Positions 1-5,277 of a DNA stretch of 43,955 nucleotides are shown here, piece by piece. The notes beneath the pieces were generated by a model. That model made no database searches. It saw nothing but the letters and a program-made list of their open reading frames with translations, and was not told where the DNA came from. The stretch comes from Pseudomonadota bacterium. GTDB lineage: Bacteria > Desulfobacterota > Anaeroferrophillalia > Anaeroferrophillales > Tharpellaceae. The stretch lies in assembly GCA_015486505.1 (NCBI GenBank), contig WFRP01000313.1:1-43955 (forward strand). Reading direction: 5' to 3'. The first letter of the stretch is position 1, and each line of letters opens with the position of its first letter. The position numbers and the translations under genes were made by a program.

Positions 1-337
1 CAGTTGAAAAAAGCTGTCGAAAAAAAACAAGAAAATAACCTGTAAGGTACTAATGCGGGAACAGATCCCGCAACCCAAACGGAGCCTTGCGGCCCGCACC
101 CAAGGGCACTTCCGATGGTCGCAAATAAGTGCTCTTATCAGAACATTTTCTTGTTTTAAAACAAGAAAATAACCTGTAAGGTACTAATGCGGGAACAGAT
201 CCCGCAACCCAAACAGGGCTTTTTCGGCCCGCACCCAGGGGCACTTCCGATGGTCGCAAATAAGTACTCTTATCAGAACATTTTCTGATTATTAAATCTT
301 GTTTTTTGGTGCAGAAAATAACCTGTAAGGTACTAAT
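1..337 (-). repeat. H-M modular repeat array A, truncated by the window edge. Read on +: partial H (loop L3), M(long), H(L2), M(long), H(L1). Two full units.
   Basis: Direct reading. GAAAATAACCTGTAAGGTAC-TAAT-GCGGGAACAGATCCCGC-AACCCAAAC...CGCAAATAA-GTRCTCTTATCAGAACATTTTC occurs twice (54-150 and 189-285). The array ends with an H arm plus TAAT at 314-337. Strand given is that of the better-folding (F) orientation. Confidence 0.9.
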
Positions 338-495
338 GGTGCTCTGGTTTCTGGTGGTTGCCGGTCTGGGCTTGGTGATCTCGTTCAAAAATGGTATATT
401 TTTCTAGTCGTATTTTTTGACTATTCAGCCGTATTGTTATTCCTGGTCCAAACAGTTTCGAACAGTTTCGGGGTCAGGTCAGGATTCGGGGTTTC

Positions 496-523
496 GGGGT
501 TAGGCTTGACTTATGGGTATTTG
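496..523 (+). repeat. S motif copy 1 (GGGGTTAGGCTTGACTTATGGGTATTTG)
   Basis: Near-identical to 3052-3079 (+) and to the reverse complement of 38807-38834. Confidence 0.7.
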
Positions 524-545
524 AAAAGGGTTAGCGATTAGCGTT

Positions 546-1292
546 CTAGATATGGCGATGGGGTTGTTTGCCGGAGCGGTGGGCGTGTTCGTGGTGGTGG
601 ATGTATAACTCTTCATCAACCAGAATCTTGCCGTTTTCCATAGTGTAGATATGCGCGGTGGTTTCGGTTAAAAAGTCAAATTCGTGGGAAACCACCAGGT
701 ATGAAAGCTCGGTGAAATTATTGAGCATCTCGACAAGTTTATGTTTGGTTTTATGGTCAAGCCCGGCCGTCGGTTCATCAAGGAGCAGGACTTTGGGCTC
801 CATAGCCAGGACCGTAGCCAGGGCGACCAGGCGTTTTTCGCCGCCGGAGAGCTTGAATGTTATCCGCTTAGCAAAATCGCTGAGGTTTAAGCGTTCCAAT
901 ACCTGATATGATATTTCCAGAGCTTCGCTTTTGTTTTTACCGAGATTCAGCGGCCCGAAAGCGACATCTTCAATTACCGTGGGGAAGAAAAGCTGGTCGT
1001 CGGCATTTTGAAAAAGGAGACCGACCTGTCGGCGTAAGATCTTGAAATCAGCTTCTTCAGTAACGGTTTTGCCGTTAAAAACGATCCGCCCGGCGGTTGG
1101 CCGCAAAAGGCCGACAATCAGGTGAAACATAGTGCTTTTGCCGCTGCCGTTCGGGGCGGCAATGCCGATGTGATCCCTTTCCCGGAGACTGAAATTAAGT
1201 TCATCAAGGATTGGCGGCCCCTCAGGATAATGAAATGAGAGATCTTCCAGTGACAGAATGGTGGATGGATGCTGACGGCAGTCGGAGGGCAT
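546..1292 (-). CDS. cbiO: ECF-type Ni/Co transporter ATPase component (CbiO/NikO)
   Basis: Walker A GIAAPNGSGKST, ABC signature LSGGEKRL and Walker B LLLDEPTAGLD. ATG start with AGGAA upstream. Last gene of the K-M-L-Q-O cluster. Confidence 0.92.
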   Translation of the reverse strand: MPSDCRQHPSTILSLEDLSFHYPEGPPILDELNFSLRERDHIGIAAPNGSGKSTMFHLIVGLLRPTAGRIVFNGKTVTEEADFKILRRQVGLLFQNADDQLFFPTVIEDVAFGPLNLGKNKSEALEISYQVLERLNLSDFAKRITFKLSGGEKRLVALATVLAMEPKVLLLDEPTAGLDHKTKHKLVEMLNNFTELSYLVVSHEFDFLTETTAHIYTMENGKILVDEELYIHHHEHAHRSGKQPHRHI

Positions 1293-1313
1293 ATTTTTAT
1301 AATTCCTGAAAAA

Positions 1314-2087
1314 TCAGAGGATTGCCGGAAAAACGACAATTCGCAACTCGCTGAGCGCGAGAATGGTTGAGAAAATCAAGATAAAGCTCAGGAAAAAGTA
1401 GTCCTGAGCGCGGTCGTGATACTCGGTCAAACTGTGAAAACGGCCGTCAAAGCCGCGGCAGAGCATAGCTTTATGGACGCGCTGGGCGCGCTCGGCCGAA
1501 CGGACAAAGAGCATTCCCAGCAGATTGGCATAAGTCTTATAGCAATGGAGCGAAGTATTCGGCTGAAAATTGCGGATTTTGGCCGCTCTTAACATAGTCT
1601 GGAGTTCATCTTCAATCAGAAAAATATAGCGGTAGGTAATCAGCAGCAGTAAAACCAGTTTGGCCGGCAGTTTCAAACTGTGCAGAGCGTGGGCGAGATC
1701 GGCGGTGCTCATAGTCGAGATCAGGGCAAGAAAGATCAGCAGCATAGCCGAGGTTTTCAGCGTCAGCAGCAGGGCCAGGGTAATGCCGGTCCGGCCGATT
1801 TCAAGAAAAGAGTTCTGCCAGATGACCGGCCCGCCGCAGGTAAGCGGCAGCACCAGCCAGATAAGCAGGAGAAACCCGGCGATGACCAGAAGCCGGCGGC
1901 CGGCTTTGAAAAGATTGATCCGGGCCGCGATAATCAGGATGAATGACAGCGCCAGCGCCAGGAGCAGGGGCGGGATCGTCTGACACAATGCTACGACAAA
2001 GGCCAGAAAAATAGCCGCCAGAGTCCTGGTTCTGGGCGACAGTTTATGAATCGGGGATTCCCCGCGGCAGAAATTTTCCTGAAGCAT
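1314..2087 (-). CDS. cbiQ: ECF transporter transmembrane (T) component, CbiQ/NikQ
   Basis: Polytopic hydrophobic protein with the C-terminal Arg-rich CbiQ-like segment (RSAERAQRVHKAMLCRGF). It sits between the M-type and O-type components. ATG at 2087. Confidence 0.88.
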   Translation of the reverse strand: MLQENFCRGESPIHKLSPRTRTLAAIFLAFVVALCQTIPPLLLALALSFILIIAARINLFKAGRRLLVIAGFLLLIWLVLPLTCGGPVIWQNSFLEIGRTGITLALLLTLKTSAMLLIFLALISTMSTADLAHALHSLKLPAKLVLLLLITYRYIFLIEDELQTMLRAAKIRNFQPNTSLHCYKTYANLLGMLFVRSAERAQRVHKAMLCRGFDGRFHSLTEYHDRAQDYFFLSFILIFSTILALSELRIVVFPAIL

Positions 2088-2092
2088 ATTTC

Positions 2093-2352
2093 TAATGCGG
2101 GAACTAACTCCCGCAACCCAAACAGGGCTTTGTGCCCCGCAAATAAGTACTCTTATCAGAACATTTTCTTGTTTTTACAGTTGAAAAAAGCTGTCGAAAA
2201 AAACAAGAAAATAACCTGTAAGGTACTAATGCGGGAACTATCCCGCAACCCAAAAGAAAGTTTTCGGCCCGCAAATAAGTACTCTTATCAGAACATTTTC
2301 TGGATATTAAATCTTGTTTTTTGGTACAGAAAATAACCTGTAAGGTACTAAA
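2093..2352 (-). repeat. H-M repeat array B. Two full units with short M modules and loops L3 and L1. It fills the whole spacer between the nikL-like gene and cbiQ.
   Basis: Read on +: TAAT-GCGGGAACTAACTCCCGC...CGCAAATAA-H(L3)-TAAT-GCGGGAACTATCCCGC...CGCAAATAA-H(L1)-TAAA. The stop codon of the upstream gene (2348-2350) lies inside the terminal H arm junction. Confidence 0.9.
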
Positions 2353-3025
2353 GGTTCTGCTTGCTGACTGAAGGTTGTTTACGGCTCCTGATGTAAGCGA
2401 TAATTCCGACCAGTCCGAGAATATAACCCAGGCCCCCTAACACATCTTTTAAGCCGGGGTCGGGGTTGCGGATTTCCGCCAGCATCTGCAGCAGCGGGTG
2501 CAATTTTTCAGTCAGGGATTTATTTACCACTTTCCGGACAATTCTTTCGAGCTCTTCCGGGCTGATATTGAGATTGGCCGTGGCCTTGCCGGCAGTCCCC
2601 GGTGTTACGGTGGGAGCGGATCGTGCCGCCGGGGTCGCTGCGGCTTTTGGTTTGGCGGTGGAGGCGGCCGTCGCTGAGTCAACCGGTTTGCCGATTGCGG
2701 TTAATTCACTTTTTTTAACCTCCCATTTACCGAGGTGGCCGGTTCCGGCATAGACAACAATCTTCAAATCGTCAATCTTCGGCACCGGAAAAGAAAAATT
2801 CCCCTGAGCGTCGGTTTTACCTTTAAGCAGCAGTTGTTTTTGACTGTCAAAAACTTCAACCCGGCTCGCCCTGGCAACCTTGCCGCCGCTGAATTTAGCG
2901 GAAGTATAAATGGTATTGCCTTCGACCCAGGCAAAAACATTTACCCGGTGGGCCCAGGCCGGGGCCGCCGAGAACCCCCCCCCGCCTATGAAGAAAACTA
3001 CAAATATAATAAAGTGTTTACGCAT
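2348..3025 (-). CDS. Secreted, membrane-anchored accessory component of the Ni/Co ECF transporter (NikL-like)
   Basis: Signal peptide MRKHFIIFVVFFIGGGGFSAAPAWA, then a beta-rich domain, an Ala/Pro/Thr linker and a C-terminal TM helix. The ATG at 3025 has GGAG 7 nt upstream, so the TTG at 3037 used by the ORF track is probably an over-extension. Position between cbiM and cbiQ. Confidence 0.7.
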   Translation of the reverse strand: MRKHFIIFVVFFIGGGGFSAAPAWAHRVNVFAWVEGNTIYTSAKFSGGKVARASRVEVFDSQKQLLLKGKTDAQGNFSFPVPKIDDLKIVVYAGTGHLGKWEVKKSELTAIGKPVDSATAASTAKPKAAATPAARSAPTVTPGTAGKATANLNISPEELERIVRKVVNKSLTEKLHPLLQMLAEIRNPDPGLKDVLGGLGYILGLVGIIAYIRSRKQPSVSKQNL

Positions 3026-3051
3026 AATAATCTCCAAAATGAAATGAAAAT

Positions 3052-3079
3052 GGGGTCAGGCTTGACTTATGGGTATTTG
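3052..3079 (+). repeat. S motif copy 2 (GGGGTCAGGCTTGACTTATGGGTATTTG)
   Basis: Same 27-28 nt as 496-523 and the reverse complement of 38807-38834. Lies in the spacer between cbiM and the nikL-like gene. Confidence 0.7.
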
Positions 3080-3109
3080 CCGGAAGCCTGCCGCCCGGAA
3101 AAATCCAAA

Positions 3110-3703
3110 TCAGGGCAGCATCTCCGGCCTTACCTTTTTCAGAAAACCGATGCAAAAGAGAGTGATAAGGCCCTCAATAATCATAATCGGAATATGGGTT
3201 GAGATCGCGATGGTGGCGACCTCAAGAAAATTCTCATCGCTGAAATAGAGGGCGCCGCCGAGCAGGAGTGCGCTTAAGAATACGGCCGTAAAGCCGCAGG
3301 CGAAAGCGGCGGCGGCCGCGGTTTTGCCGGTTTTTTTCAGAAATGGTGCGAACATATAAAAACATAAAACCGCGGGCAGGGCCATGACCGTAGTATTGAC
3401 GCCTAAGGTTGTGAAGCCGCCGAATTGAAAAAAAACGGCTTGCAGGAGCAGGGCGACCGCAATGGCCGGGAAAGCCGCCCAGCCCAGCAGCAGCCCGATT
3501 ATCCCGTTTAGGATAAGGTGGGCGCTGCTGGGGCCCACCGGCACATGGACGAGGGAGGCGACAAAAAAGGTCGCCGAAAGAATGCCGGTTTCGGCAATAT
3601 GTTCAAAATCAAGTTTTTTTAAACCGATTCCCGTCCCGACGGCGGCGACCGCGAAACCTGCCGCTATGACCGGGCCGGATAATACTCCTTCAGCAATATG
3701 CAT
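3110..3703 (-). CDS. cbiM: ECF transporter substrate-capture component CbiM/NikM
   Basis: N-terminus MHIAEGVLSGP is typical of CbiM/NikM (metal-binding Met-His). Six to seven TM segments. Operon context. Confidence 0.9.
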   Translation of the reverse strand: MHIAEGVLSGPVIAAGFAVAAVGTGIGLKKLDFEHIAETGILSATFFVASLVHVPVGPSSAHLILNGIIGLLLGWAAFPAIAVALLLQAVFFQFGGFTTLGVNTTVMALPAVLCFYMFAPFLKKTGKTAAAAAFACGFTAVFLSALLLGGALYFSDENFLEVATIAISTHIPIMIIEGLITLFCIGFLKKVRPEMLP

Positions 3704-3720
3704 TATTTTTTATCTCTTTA

Positions 3721-3819
3721 GGGTACCTCGAAAAATTGTCTTTTTGTCCAATTACTGCGCTGGTTAAAAATTTTAACCGCCTTGTACTTAAACAGAAATC
3801 CTGATTTTTCAAGACACCC
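3721..3819. mobile_element. U-family MITE-like element, short variant (U3), flanked by a perfect TTTA/TTTA duplication
   Basis: Termini are GGGTACCTCGAAAAAT...GATTTTTCAAGACACCC (imperfect TIR). The 5' half aligns with U1/U2 (…AAAAATTGYCTTTTTGYCCAATWACTGCG…). TTTA at 3717-3720 and 3820-3823. Confidence 0.7.
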
Positions 3820-3858
3820 TTTAAACAAAGGTTATATGATGTTGAGATTTCCTGAGAA

Positions 3859-4647
3859 TTATTTCCGGCCGGGCCAGGTTTCAAAATGAACCCAGATGAC
3901 AGCGCCCAGTTCAACATCTTTTTCAACGCCGTTCAGCGGCAGTTTGTAGTCGGCGGTATTGAGCGCGGCAAAGCCCCACCAGCCCGCGGCCGGAACACTG
4001 AAACTGAAAAGGCCGTTGCGGTCGGCCTTGATTGTCTGGGTAATCATATAGTCGGTCGGGGCTTTAATTTTATTATCTTTATTGTAAAATTCGACCTCAA
4101 CCCTGGCAAACGGTACAACCTTGCCGTTCATCTTGACAATGCCCTGAAAAAGATTGCCGCAGTAGAGCGCGAAAGGTTTGCTCAAAGGGACGATTTCGGT
4201 TTTCAGGCCGACTTCCTGATCCCAGCCGTCGTCATCGCCGAAAGCGGTAACTACTGTTTTCGTGTAATGAATAATGAAACAGTCTTCCGCGGGCTCCCAG
4301 TAAGGCACCGGCTCCATGACAAACTGATAGATGCCGGGCCGTTTAATTGTGTAATTACAATCGAAGGCCGGTTTTCCCATGATCGTTTTCGGCTGCAGAG
4401 AGCTTTTAAGGTCGTGCTTTTTGCCGGCGTTTTCAACGAAAAATTTCGCCGGGGTTTTAAGCTCCATACCCGCCTGTTCGAAAGGGTGAGAGAAGCTTAA
4501 GTCGAGAGTGATGGTGCGCGGGTCGTCGGCCATTACCATATTGTCGGATGGGATGAGCATGCCGAAATGGGCCGCGGCCGGGCTTGAGATCAAGACTAAA
4601 AAAAGTAGAGCTATGCTGCAGGTTTTACTGATGGTTCTGATCGTCAT
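3859..4647 (-). CDS. Periplasmic DUF4198-type component of the Ni/Co uptake system (NikK-like)
   Basis: Signal peptide followed by AHFGMLIPS, and a beta-sandwich-like sequence typical of DUF4198. GGAGG lies 5 nt upstream of the ATG at 4647. First gene of the cluster. Confidence 0.8.
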   Translation of the reverse strand: MTIRTISKTCSIALLFLVLISSPAAAHFGMLIPSDNMVMADDPRTITLDLSFSHPFEQAGMELKTPAKFFVENAGKKHDLKSSLQPKTIMGKPAFDCNYTIKRPGIYQFVMEPVPYWEPAEDCFIIHYTKTVVTAFGDDDGWDQEVGLKTEIVPLSKPFALYCGNLFQGIVKMNGKVVPFARVEVEFYNKDNKIKAPTDYMITQTIKADRNGLFSFSVPAAGWWGFAALNTADYKLPLNGVEKDVELGAVIWVHFETWPGRK

Positions 4648-4703
4648 TTTGGTCCTCCGGAACTTTGGTTAAGTTGATTGTCTGATTCTCAATCGTTGAG
4701 GCC

Positions 4704-4756
4704 AAAAAAAGCCACGACGACGGAGATCGCTAAAGCCGATTTCCCACCTTCGTGGC
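4704..4756 (-). terminator. Intrinsic-terminator-like hairpin plus U7 inside the 5' leader of the Ni/Co operon (candidate attenuator)
   Basis: Minus strand reads GCCACGAAGGTGG-(20 nt loop)-CCGTCGTCGTGGC-TTTTTTT. The 13-bp stem has one mismatch and two wobbles. It lies 57 nt upstream of the nikK-like ATG and there is no upstream gene on this strand. Confidence 0.6.
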
Positions 4757-4811
4757 GTAATTGCCGGACCTGCAGGGCCGGAGTAATATGAAAAAATATG
4801 GTATTGCTCAA

Positions 4812-4952
4812 GGGAACCTCTAAAAATTGCTCTTTTGCCCAATAACTGCGTTAGTCTCAAATTTTAATCCTCAAAATACTCAATGTATTCATCCGGTTAA
4901 AATCTTCGACTGCCTTGTTCTTGAACAAAATTTCTAATTTTTAGAGGAACCC
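4812..4952. mobile_element. U-family MITE-like element (U1), 141 bp, flanked by a TCAA/TCAA duplication. Inserted in the Ni/Co operon leader.
   Basis: About 93% identical by eye to the reverse complement of 13740-13879. TIR is GGGAACCTCTAAAAATT / AATTTTTAGAGGAACCC. TCAA at 4808-4811 and 4953-4956. Confidence 0.8.
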
Positions 4953-5020
4953 TCAAACGTTGATCGGTGCAAGTAGAATTGTTACTTGCCGGAACACACT
5001 TCTTGCGTGTCGGTGGGTTG

Positions 5021-5049
5021 CTTATAGTTGATGTTTTAAATAAAGTCAA
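5021..5049 (-). promoter_or_regulatory. Candidate sigma70 promoter of the Ni/Co operon
   Basis: Minus strand reads TTGACT-17 nt-TATAAG (-35 at 5049-5044, -10 at 5026-5021). This predicts a leader of about 365 nt, or about 220 nt without U1. Confidence 0.55.
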
Positions 5050-5277
5050 TAATTAGTCCGTCGGTGATTATTTTACTTGTAAATTAATTCTGAAAATATA
5101 ATGGCGGATTTTCTCGCGATACCCATTAAGCTTTTCATTTTTTGTCCCCGGACAATTGGCGAAAATTTGAACTTGCAAAAGTTTGGGTGAATCGAGTAAA
5201 TACATATGTTCAAGACGCGGCGTTTCCGGGTAAACTGAAAATGTTGAAGAGTCAATGCTGCACTGATCGGGGCGTAT

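Noticed and set aside
255-285. IHF-binding site within the H arm (TATCAGAACATTT versus WATCAANNNNTTR), by analogy with E. coli BIME/RIP elements
   Set aside because: Two mismatches fall in the nine defined positions, which is too weak to claim without a PWM score or experiment.
50-388. ORFs running through the H-M arrays with recurring peptide STLQVIFCTKKQDLIIRKCSDKSTYLR. These are 50-388(-), 2046-2336(+), 10273-10611(+), 11691-11984(-), 21062-21385(+), 34911-35141(+), 35114-35344(+), 30363-30545(-), 39358-39624(-) and 39368-39589(+).
   Set aside because: They are open only because the repeat lacks stops in some frames. Loop and insert length differences (14, 16, 28, 38 and 25 nt) shift the frame between units, both strands give ORFs, and there are no SD-supported starts. 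Sequence conservation follows helices rather than codons.
4648-5049. Cobalamin riboswitch or NikR operator in the Ni/Co operon leader
   Set aside because: No B12 box (AGYCAGGAGACCUGCC-like) in the proper order and no GGGAA/GGUG core were found. The GTGTTCC…GTAACAA pair is spaced only 5 nt apart, unlike the reported delta-proteobacterial NikR site (GTGTTAC-N13/14-GTAACAC). A model-based search is needed to be sure.
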